Positions 15,398 through 23,527 of a DNA stretch of 26,962 nt are shown here, piece by piece. The notes below the pieces were generated by a model. The model made no database searches. It was not told the origin of the DNA and saw only the letters and a program-made list of their open reading frames with translations. Both the position numbers and the translations under genes were made by a program. The DNA comes from an uncultured Erysipelotrichaceae bacterium (lineage in GTDB: Bacteria; Bacillota_I; Bacilli_A; Erysipelotrichales; Erysipelotrichaceae). The DNA is taken from NCBI GenBank assembly GCA_964457525.1, contig CAYWGS010000011.1:1-26962 (forward strand), in the 5' to 3' direction. Each line of letters begins with the position of its first letter. Position 1 is the first letter of the stretch.

Positions 15398-16540
15398 TTA
15401 ATTAAATAAATTCTTTATCAGATCAATAGAATATACGATCGAACCCAAACTAGCAAACACGTTCGCAAGTAAGACAACAAGTAAGATACGGGCAACTCGA
15501 TTGGTCCAATATCCTTTGATGTGTAGGACATCATCTTGTAGATTCATGAAATCTTCTACTTTTGGCTTATGTACCCATGCTTCCATTAATCCAGCAAACC
15601 AACCCGTCGCAAGGAATGGACTTAAGACCCCGATCGGTGCCATTACGAATGCAGTAAGGATACTAAGTGGATGTCCAAGGGCGATAAGTGTACCCAGTGC
15701 AGCTAAACTCCCATTGATTAGAATGAAACGTAGTATTGTATCATACGCTAATCCAGGAGAGTTAATAATACTAAGTAAGATTAATCCAACAATGAAAAGT
15801 GGAAAAATCCAAGCGGTTAATTGACTATTCTTTTTCTTATTTACTTGAAGAATATTTGAAATCGGTGTGTTATTGGTTAAGTTCTTTTGTATGCCAGGAA
15901 CATGAGCAGCCCCAACTACAGCCACAATTTTTTGACCATTTGCATGTGCTAACTTATAGGCCATGATACGATCTCGTTCAAAGATAAGAGTCTCCGCTAT
16001 CTTAGGGAATTGTTTACTGACTTCCGCTAGTGCGGATTGTAACATATCACCTTGTTTAAGGGCTTCGATGTCTTCTTCCTTAACATCATTTTCAAATAAA
16101 GAACCTAAGAGTTCGGATAACATCTTAATTTTTTCAAACCAACCTAAATTATGCCAAATGCGTAAAAGGGTTGTTTGAATATTCCGGTCAATCATAATAA
16201 GCTTTGTTTGATTCTCTTTACTGTATTGAATCGCTACACTCATTTCTTGACCAACATTTTGATTTAAATTCTGTGCAATCTTGCGTTGATAAGAAGATAA
16301 AATCATTTGAGCCAAAAGAAAACCAACTTTCTTTTTCTTGATAATATCGACAATATCCATTTCCTTCCAATCCTTTGTTTCAGTCATGGATTTATAACGT
16401 TCATCATCTAATTCAATCGCTACGGTATCGGGTTGAATCTCTATCAGGGCTTGTTTGACTTCTTCTACACTATCACTGGAAATATGAGCTGTTCCAATAA
16501 TCGTGATTTCTTTTCCATTAATGACTTCTTGTATTCGCAT
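15398..16540 (-). CDS. TraB/PrgY (TraB/GumN) family membrane protein, 380 aa
   Basis: N-terminal family motifs IIGTAHIS (G16-H19), AIELD (E43), FERDRIMA (188-194) and VVGAAHVPG (G210-H213). The C-terminal about 140 aa contain roughly 4 hydrophobic helices. SD AGAAAGG lies 6 nt upstream. Confidence 0.88.
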   Translation of the reverse strand: MRIQEVINGKEITIIGTAHISSDSVEEVKQALIEIQPDTVAIELDDERYKSMTETKDWKEMDIVDIIKKKKVGFLLAQMILSSYQRKIAQNLNQNVGQEMSVAIQYSKENQTKLIMIDRNIQTTLLRIWHNLGWFEKIKMLSELLGSLFENDVKEEDIEALKQGDMLQSALAEVSKQFPKIAETLIFERDRIMAYKLAHANGQKIVAVVGAAHVPGIQKNLTNNTPISNILQVNKKKNSQLTAWIFPLFIVGLILLSIINSPGLAYDTILRFILINGSLAALGTLIALGHPLSILTAFVMAPIGVLSPFLATGWFAGLMEAWVHKPKVEDFMNLQDDVLHIKGYWTNRVARILLVVLLANVFASLGSIVYSIDLIKNLFN

Positions 16541-16588
16541 AGCTAGCCTTTCTAATCAATCCAACAGCATATATCTATCACATAATTG

Positions 16589-16597
16589 TGTTATAAT
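16589..16597 (+). promoter_or_regulatory. extended -10 promoter of the cdaA string
   Basis: TGtTATAAT at 16589-16597 with no clear -35. GAGGAGG at 16607-16613 lies 7 nt before ATG 16621. Confidence 0.55.
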
Positions 16598-16620
16598 AAT
16601 TTCGCTGAGGAGGTCTGTTC

Positions 16621-18042
16621 ATGTTTAATTATACGACCCAACAAACAATCATCCAAATGTTTCGGATGTTCTTCGATATCCTTATTCTATGGGTATTACT
16701 CTATTATACAATTAAGATCGTTCGAAATAACTCAAGAACTACACAAATTTTCAAAGGAATCATACTAATCCTAATCATTCGAGCGATTGCCAACTTTTTT
16801 GGCTTCAAAGCGGTTGACTGGTTAGCGGGAGTCCTAGTGACCTATGGTTTCTTAGCTATCATAATAATTTTCCAACCAGAAATTCGATCCTTATTAGAAA
16901 AACTTGGGAAAAGTAGTGTTTTCTCACGTTTAAATACCTTATCTGTGAATGAACGTTTACGCTTAGTAGATGAATTAGTTAATGCGACAATGGCGTGTTC
17001 AACGAGTAAGGTCGGTGCTTTGATTACACTTGAACAAGGGCATTCACTTAGTGATTTTATCAAAACAGGGACACGCATGAACTCTATCGTGACCGCTGAT
17101 TTATTACAAACAATTTTTATGCCTTCCACACCACTCCATGATGGGGCGGTTATTATACAAGGGGATCGTATTGCGTGTGCAAGTGCGTATTTTCCTCCAA
17201 CCAATTTAGAAGTTCCGAGCCGTTATGGTGCACGTCATCGTGCTGCGATTGGGATTAGTGAAATTACAGATTCTGTTACGATTGTTGTGTCTGAAAAGAC
17301 GGGTCGTATTTCAATTGCGGAAGAAGGAAAGTTGATTACGATGAACCAACAAAGCTTAAGATCTTACTTGGAACAAGTCATCTTGCAGGATGAAGAAGAA
17401 GTTTATGATCCTGATCCAAATAAGGCTGTTGGGACTGTTCAAAAGGAAGAGGTTCAAATACCAAAACCAATTACTTTCAAGACAAAAGAAAATATGCCTG
17501 AAGTTAAACCGACTGATCGATTAAATTTTAATTTTAAAGGATTATTTAAGAAGAAACTTAAAGTTAAGAAAACGAATCAAACGGAAGAACCTAAAGTTAC
17601 AAAAGTTGAAGAAACCCTAGAAAATCAAATAGAAGAAACGAAAGTTGTTCAGGTAGAAGAAGTTAATTTAGATAAAACTGAAGCAATAAGTGTTGATCAA
17701 GTTGAAGTTCAAAATGATCCTAAGGAAGTATTGGAAGATGTTTTAAATGTGGTTAAAGAGAAGTTATCCACTAAAACAGTTAATAAACCAATAAAGAAAC
17801 GTACGTCTAGGAAGAAAGCAGTGGAAGAAAAAGTAGAACAAGCTGTTTCTGAAGAAGTTGTTCATGAGGAATTACCTCAAGAACTATTTGATCAAGAAGA
17901 GATTGTGTTGGTTGATCCACTTGAAGTTAAAGAAGAAAAAGAAGTAACGATTAAATCAATACCACACATTAAATTAGAATACAGTGTGTCCGATGATTCA
18001 CTGTTAGATGATGAAGAAGAATCTAAGGGAGGTGAGCAATAA
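16621..18042 (+). CDS. cdaA: diadenylate cyclase CdaA with a long C-terminal extension, 473 aa
   Basis: Three N-terminal TM helices, then a DAC domain with PLHDGAVII and YGARHRAAIGISE...IVVSEKTGRIS. Residues from about 257 to 473 are an E/K/V-rich tail. Confidence 0.93.
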   Translation: MFNYTTQQTIIQMFRMFFDILILWVLLYYTIKIVRNNSRTTQIFKGIILILIIRAIANFFGFKAVDWLAGVLVTYGFLAIIIIFQPEIRSLLEKLGKSSVFSRLNTLSVNERLRLVDELVNATMACSTSKVGALITLEQGHSLSDFIKTGTRMNSIVTADLLQTIFMPSTPLHDGAVIIQGDRIACASAYFPPTNLEVPSRYGARHRAAIGISEITDSVTIVVSEKTGRISIAEEGKLITMNQQSLRSYLEQVILQDEEEVYDPDPNKAVGTVQKEEVQIPKPITFKTKENMPEVKPTDRLNFNFKGLFKKKLKVKKTNQTEEPKVTKVEETLENQIEETKVVQVEEVNLDKTEAISVDQVEVQNDPKEVLEDVLNVVKEKLSTKTVNKPIKKRTSRKKAVEEKVEQAVSEEVVHEELPQELFDQEEIVLVDPLEVKEEKEVTIKSIPHIKLEYSVSDDSLLDDEEESKGGEQ

Positions 18043-19406
18043 TGAGTCAAAAGAAAAAGCCCATTGAACCTAGAAATGATAAGTTAGAATTAGCTAAGAA
18101 AATTGCGGAACAAAGTTCTAAAGTATTTAAGACGTATAACTCGATTGAGTTTTTAGTCATGCGCATTGTTCGTTTCTTTAGTACTTGGATTGACCGATTA
18201 TTGTTTAGTCCAAATTCTGGTAAGATTGTGAGTCTTATCTTAGCGGTAGTATTATATGTCGCAATTAACTTTAACATCGGTGAGATTATCTTTGAAACAC
18301 CCATTACTTCCGGTGTAACAATCGATAATATTCCTGTAACGGTTATTTCCAATGATGAAGTGTATGAAGTATCTGGATTACCAACAGAAGTAAAAGCGTA
18401 TGTGATTGGGGATATGTCTGATATTACCTTAATTCGCACTCAAAAAGTCTATTCGGTTGTGGCAGATTTAACGGGTTTATTAGAAGGAACTCATGAAGTT
18501 AAGTTGATTCCAAAGGATTTCTCAACGCGTGTTGAAGTGGCGTTGTCTCAATCAACAGCGGTCGTAACAATTAAGAAGAAAGTATCACAACACTTTAATT
18601 TAGAATATGACTATATAAATACGGATAAGATGAATCAAGAATTTGTATTGTCTGAACCAAGTTTTGCGGATCAAGAAATTATTATTCGTGCTTCACAAGA
18701 TACCTTATATAAGATTGGGATTGTAAAGGCGTTGATTGATGCGAGTGGCGTTACAGCTGACTTTACTCAAGAAGCTCCAATCGTCGCATATGATCAAGAT
18801 GGGAATAAGATGAATGTTGATATTATTCCATCCTCTGTTCAAGTGAGTGTGGGTGTTACATCTCCGAACAAAACTGTTGCGATTGAAATTGTACCGAATG
18901 GGGATATTCCGAATGGTAAAGCAATTGAAAGTATTACCTTAGATCAACAAACAGTAACCATCTTTGGTAAGGATTCTGTTCTACAAAGTATTGATACCAT
19001 TCAGGTTCCAATTGATGCGACTACCTTAACAGCTGATACCAGTTTAGTCGCGGATATTCCTCTTCCAACTGGGGTTAAGAAAACAAGTATTAGTCGTGTT
19101 AATATGCAGATTACCTTAGGCGATGGTGTTCAAGGCCGAGTAGAAGATGTCTTTATCCAGTTTATCAATAATGTGAATGGATATCGATTTACGCTAGTCA
19201 ATCCGCAAGATACCGTAACTGGAATTGATTTATTTGGTACTCAAGCAAATATTGATAATGTGACTAGTGATGACTTCTATGTCTACTTCGACATGTCAAA
19301 ACTCGAAGAAGGTGAACAAGATGTGACGTTATTATTAAGATCATACAAACCGCTTGTTAAGGCAAGCTTAGTAAAACAAACGATAAGGATCAATGTGGTG
19401 AAATAA
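18042..19406 (+). CDS. cdaR: CdaR (YbbR-domain) regulator of CdaA, 454 aa
   Basis: TAATG overlap with cdaA. Single TM (IVSLILAVVLYVAINF) followed by repeated beta-rich YbbR-like modules. Position between cdaA and glmM is conserved. Confidence 0.85.
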   Translation: MSQKKKPIEPRNDKLELAKKIAEQSSKVFKTYNSIEFLVMRIVRFFSTWIDRLLFSPNSGKIVSLILAVVLYVAINFNIGEIIFETPITSGVTIDNIPVTVISNDEVYEVSGLPTEVKAYVIGDMSDITLIRTQKVYSVVADLTGLLEGTHEVKLIPKDFSTRVEVALSQSTAVVTIKKKVSQHFNLEYDYINTDKMNQEFVLSEPSFADQEIIIRASQDTLYKIGIVKALIDASGVTADFTQEAPIVAYDQDGNKMNVDIIPSSVQVSVGVTSPNKTVAIEIVPNGDIPNGKAIESITLDQQTVTIFGKDSVLQSIDTIQVPIDATTLTADTSLVADIPLPTGVKKTSISRVNMQITLGDGVQGRVEDVFIQFINNVNGYRFTLVNPQDTVTGIDLFGTQANIDNVTSDDFYVYFDMSKLEEGEQDVTLLLRSYKPLVKASLVKQTIRINVVK

Positions 19407-19407
19407 A

Positions 19408-20730
19408 ATGGGGAAGTATTTTGGGACAGATGGGGTTCGCGGTAAAGCGAATGTTGAGTTAACTGCAGAAACAGCATTTAAGATTGGTCGTGCATTAGGT
19501 TATTTATTTAAAGGTCAAAAGATTGTGATTGGGATGGATACACGTCTATCCAGTAGTATGTTAAAACAAGCCGTAAGTGCAGGGTGTTGCGCGAGTGGTG
19601 CAGATGCGTATGATATGGGCGTTGTGCCTACTCCAGCGATTGCATATGTTACAACACATGAGGATTTTGCGTGTGGTGTTATGATTTCTGCAAGTCACAA
19701 TCCATATTATGATAATGGGATTAAGGTTTTTAATACACATGGTGTAAAGATTGATGATGAACTTGAAACGAAGATAGAAGCTGTTATTGATGGACAAGAA
19801 GTACCGTATGCGGAATCCGATCAGATTGGTAAAGTAGTTAATTACTCGATTGGACTCGATCACTATAAACAAAACTTAATTCAATTATTTGATATGGATT
19901 TATCCGGTATGCGAATTGCGATTGATGCGTCTAACGGTTCTGCGAGTGTTACAGCGCTTGATGTACTGACTGAGTTAAATGCGGATTGTTTCATCATGCA
20001 TAATCAGCCAAATGGTTTAAACATCAATGAGAAATGTGGATCTACACATCCAGAATCACTTCAAGCTTATATGCGTGAAAATAACTGTGATATTGGTTTA
20101 GCTTTTGACGGGGATGCGGATCGTTTGATTGCGGTCGATCATACAGGTGATTTAGTGGATGGTGATAAGACTATCTACATCTGTGCTAATTACTTAAAGT
20201 CAAAGAATGAATTGAAAGATGATAGTGTTGTGACTACGGTTATGGCAAACTTAGGCTTATATAAAGCATTGAGTAAACTCAATATTCATACTGAACAAAC
20301 TCAAGTTGGAGATAAGTATGTATACGAAAGAATGTTAAGCAAGGATATCCAACTAGGTGGAGAACAATCAGGTCATATTATCTTTAAGCAACATGCCACA
20401 ACAGGAGATGGCTTATTAACTGCGCTTAAATTGATTGAAGTCATGCATGATACACAAAAGAGTCTAAGAGATTTAGGGGAGGATGTGAAGATTTTCCCTC
20501 AAGTCTTAAAGAATGTTCATGTAAACAATAAGAAAGCTGCGCTAGAAAACAGTGTACTAAAGGCTGAAATCGAACGTATGGAAAAAGAGTTACACGGTGA
20601 AGGAAGAATCTTAGTTCGTCCATCTGGAACGGAACCTCTTGTTCGTGTCATGGTTGAAGCCGCAACACTTGAGAAATGTCATGCGTGTGTTGAACCATTA
20701 GTAGAGTTGATTCAAACCTTGAAGTTATAG
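19408..20730 (+). CDS. glmM: phosphoglucosamine mutase, 440 aa
   Basis: MGKYFGTDGVRGKAN, phosphoserine loop SASHNP, Mg site FDGDADR, GGEQSGH, and RPSGTEPLVRVMVE. Confidence 0.96.
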   Translation: MGKYFGTDGVRGKANVELTAETAFKIGRALGYLFKGQKIVIGMDTRLSSSMLKQAVSAGCCASGADAYDMGVVPTPAIAYVTTHEDFACGVMISASHNPYYDNGIKVFNTHGVKIDDELETKIEAVIDGQEVPYAESDQIGKVVNYSIGLDHYKQNLIQLFDMDLSGMRIAIDASNGSASVTALDVLTELNADCFIMHNQPNGLNINEKCGSTHPESLQAYMRENNCDIGLAFDGDADRLIAVDHTGDLVDGDKTIYICANYLKSKNELKDDSVVTTVMANLGLYKALSKLNIHTEQTQVGDKYVYERMLSKDIQLGGEQSGHIIFKQHATTGDGLLTALKLIEVMHDTQKSLRDLGEDVKIFPQVLKNVHVNNKKAALENSVLKAEIERMEKELHGEGRILVRPSGTEPLVRVMVEAATLEKCHACVEPLVELIQTLKL

Positions 20731-20739
20731 GAGGGGTGT

Positions 20740-21396
20740 ATGAAACGAGTCATTTGTGTAGTTGAGGATGAAAAGGATCTGAATGAGTTAGTGAGAAGCT
20801 ATCTTGAGAAAGAAGGCTTTGAAGTTCGTTCTTATCTAACCTATGAAGAAGCATTAGTTCATGTCATGGATGATGATGTTCATTTGTGGATTCTTGATAT
20901 CATGTTAGACAATAAGAGTGGCTTTGATTTGATTGAAGATATTCGTAAACAATCTAAATCGGTTCCAGTCATCTTTATGTCTGCACGTGATAAAGAATTT
21001 GATCGAATTATTGGTTTAGAAAAGGGTAGTGATGATTATATTACAAAACCTTTCTCTCCAAAAGAGTTGGTTTTAAGAGTCAATAATATCATTCGTCGTG
21101 TCTACAAAGATGATAATCGTACGCATGTCGACTCCTATGAGATTGATGTGGAACAACGTAAAGTCTATAAAGATAATCAAGAAATTGAACTAACAACTAA
21201 AGAGTTTGATTTATTGATGTTATTTGTGAGAAATAAACAAACAGCTTTTTCAAGAGATCAAATATTAGCGCGTGTTTGGGAAACAAATTATTTTGGAAGT
21301 GATCGTGTTGTGGATGATACATTACGTCGTTTACGTAAGAAAATGAAGGATTTAAATATTCATACCATCTATGGATATGGATATCGATTAGGTTAA
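20740..21396 (+). CDS. OmpR/PhoB-family response regulator, 218 aa
   Basis: Receiver domain (VVEDE, phospho-acceptor D53 in WILDIML, TKPF) plus a winged-helix output (LTTKEFDLLMLF...YGYGYRL). SD GGAGGGG. Confidence 0.93.
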   Translation: MKRVICVVEDEKDLNELVRSYLEKEGFEVRSYLTYEEALVHVMDDDVHLWILDIMLDNKSGFDLIEDIRKQSKSVPVIFMSARDKEFDRIIGLEKGSDDYITKPFSPKELVLRVNNIIRRVYKDDNRTHVDSYEIDVEQRKVYKDNQEIELTTKEFDLLMLFVRNKQTAFSRDQILARVWETNYFGSDRVVDDTLRRLRKKMKDLNIHTIYGYGYRLG

Positions 21397-21398
21397 AA

Positions 21399-22769
21399 AT
21401 GAGTCGATTAAAGAAGTTTATAAAAAGCATGTCACTGACGCAACAGCTTATGAGTGTTGTGTTGGTTTCGCTTGCATTTTTTATTTTCTTCTTATTGGTG
21501 TTTATCTTTGGGAACATTAATACACTTGTGAGTGAACAACTGTTTACGAGTATTGATGGGACACAGTTAAGAGTTATTAATAATTTTAAGAACTCAATGA
21601 ATAAAGAGGATATCTTTATTGGGACAGATCCAAATGTTATTCATGTAATTTATACTTTAGATGATTCAAAATCAATTATTACCAATTCAAAAACACAACT
21701 TGATTCTGAGCTTGATCGTGTGTTTAGAGAGAATTTAATCGTTCAAACAACGGATTTAGTACGTTACGAAAGTTCACAGACGAATCTAAGGGTTGTGTAT
21801 CAAATTCGAAGAATTGATGTTTCCAACTTTATTATAAGCTTTGTCCCAAATAGTTACATGGATCAGTTTAAGCTTGCCTTGGTTAATGGGGTTGTAAATA
21901 TCTTGTTAGTGATTGTAGGAATCTTATTTCTACTCTTAATGATTTGGGTTGGATACTTAATCCATTCACTTAAACAGATAGAGGTCTACATTAACAAGTA
22001 TCGTAAAGGTGAGAATGTAGACTTAAAAATGGACCGTAATGATGAAGTTGGAGAACTTGCACGAGCGATTGTTGGAATGAACAAGGAAATTCGTCGACAG
22101 GAACAACTCAAAGAAGAAATGGTTCAGAATATTTCACATGACTTGAAGACTCCCATCGCAACAATCAAATCGTATGGTGAAAGTATAAAGGATGGTATTT
22201 ATCCTTATGAAACCTTAGAGAAGAGTGTTGATGTGATTATTGAACATGCGAATCGATTAGAACGTAAAGTACATAGTTTACTACTCTTAAACCGTATGGG
22301 TTATCTTATTGCGGAAGATAAGGGGAATGACAAAACAGAGATGAAAGATGTGATTGAGAAAGTACTTCTTTCATTAAAGGTGATTAAACCATCCATTAAG
22401 CTTAAGACTGATTTAACTTCATGCAGTTATTACGGAAGTGAAGAACCTTGGCGAGTGGTTATTGAAAATATATTAGATAATGCATTACGATATGCAAAAT
22501 CAGAAATTACGATTGACTTAAAAGCGGATCGTTGTATCATCTACAATGATGGTCCAAATATTCCAGAGGATCGTATTGAACAAATATTTAAACCTTATGA
22601 AAAGGGGACGGGTGGGCAGTTTGGTTTAGGTTTAGCGATTGTAAGACGTGTTTTAACTGCGTATCATTATACAATCAAGATTAAGAACCTAAATATTGGA
22701 GTTCAGTTTATTATTGAAAAAGAGAATACAGATACAAAGATTACGAAAGATGAGCTGGCAACCTTATGA
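21399..22769 (+). CDS. sensor histidine kinase (two TM helices, extracytoplasmic loop, HAMP, HisKA, HATPase), 456 aa
   Basis: H-box NISHDLKTPIATI, N-box ILDNALRYA, G-boxes YNDGPNIP and GGQFGLGLAIV. Starts 2 nt after the response-regulator stop. Confidence 0.92.
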   Translation: MSRLKKFIKSMSLTQQLMSVVLVSLAFFIFFLLVFIFGNINTLVSEQLFTSIDGTQLRVINNFKNSMNKEDIFIGTDPNVIHVIYTLDDSKSIITNSKTQLDSELDRVFRENLIVQTTDLVRYESSQTNLRVVYQIRRIDVSNFIISFVPNSYMDQFKLALVNGVVNILLVIVGILFLLLMIWVGYLIHSLKQIEVYINKYRKGENVDLKMDRNDEVGELARAIVGMNKEIRRQEQLKEEMVQNISHDLKTPIATIKSYGESIKDGIYPYETLEKSVDVIIEHANRLERKVHSLLLLNRMGYLIAEDKGNDKTEMKDVIEKVLLSLKVIKPSIKLKTDLTSCSYYGSEEPWRVVIENILDNALRYAKSEITIDLKADRCIIYNDGPNIPEDRIEQIFKPYEKGTGGQFGLGLAIVRRVLTAYHYTIKIKNLNIGVQFIIEKENTDTKITKDELATL

Positions 22770-23527
22770 CTATGATTCAAGTAAAGCAAATAAATACCTA
22801 TTATACACAAATGGGTGAAGGGTATGATGTCGTATGTCTAGTTGGTTGGGGTCAAGATACTCGTATGTTTGAACCAACGCAAACTTATTTGTCGAAACAC
22901 TTTAGAGTAACGTGTGTCGATTATCCAGGATTTGGACAAACTGAACTTATGAAGGAGGCTTGGTCAGTGGATGATTATGTGAGTTGGTTGAATGATTTTC
23001 TAACTCAACTTAATATCAGTCATCCGATTATTATCGCGCATTCGTTTGGGGCTCGAGTTGCCCTAAAGTATAACTTACTCTATCCAATTCGTAAACTTGT
23101 GTTTACTGGTGCAGCAGGAATTCGTCCAAAGCGTAAGTTGAGTACACAGATTCGAATTAGAGTGTATAAGATATTGAAAAGACTTGTACAATTACCAGGC
23201 TTATCCATGTTTCAAGAAGATTTAAAGAAAATGTTTGGCAGTGAAGACTATCGCTCCATCAGTGGCGTGTTGAGAGATAGTTTTGTTCGAATCGTGAATG
23301 AAGATTTGAGTGGAATTCTAAAAGAAGTTAAAGTACCATGTTTACTTATCTGGGGAGATAAGGATGATGCGACGCCTTTGTGGATGGGCAAGTTGATGGA
23401 GAAAGAGATGAAGGATGCAGGACTTGTCATTTTTGAAAATGAAGGTCATTATGCGTATTGGAATCAAATTCAACGATTTAATAAAATTGTGGATGTGTTC
23501 CTAGAAAAGGATCGTAATCATGAATGA
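22766..23527 (+). CDS. alpha/beta-fold hydrolase, 253 aa
   Basis: Nucleophile elbow AHSFGA, GDKDDATP acid region, EGHYAY histidine. ATGA overlap with the kinase stop. No signal peptide. Confidence 0.85.
   Translation: MTMIQVKQINTYYTQMGEGYDVVCLVGWGQDTRMFEPTQTYLSKHFRVTCVDYPGFGQTELMKEAWSVDDYVSWLNDFLTQLNISHPIIIAHSFGARVALKYNLLYPIRKLVFTGAAGIRPKRKLSTQIRIRVYKILKRLVQLPGLSMFQEDLKKMFGSEDYRSISGVLRDSFVRIVNEDLSGILKEVKVPCLLIWGDKDDATPLWMGKLMEKEMKDAGLVIFENEGHYAYWNQIQRFNKIVDVFLEKDRNHE

Noticed and set aside
16541-16620. c-di-AMP (ydaO/kimA-type) riboswitch or glmS ribozyme upstream of the cdaA-glmM genes
   Set aside because: The 80-nt divergent intergenic region is too short and holds only promoter and SD elements. 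The glmS ribozyme accompanies glmS, not glmM. No conserved helices are recognisable.
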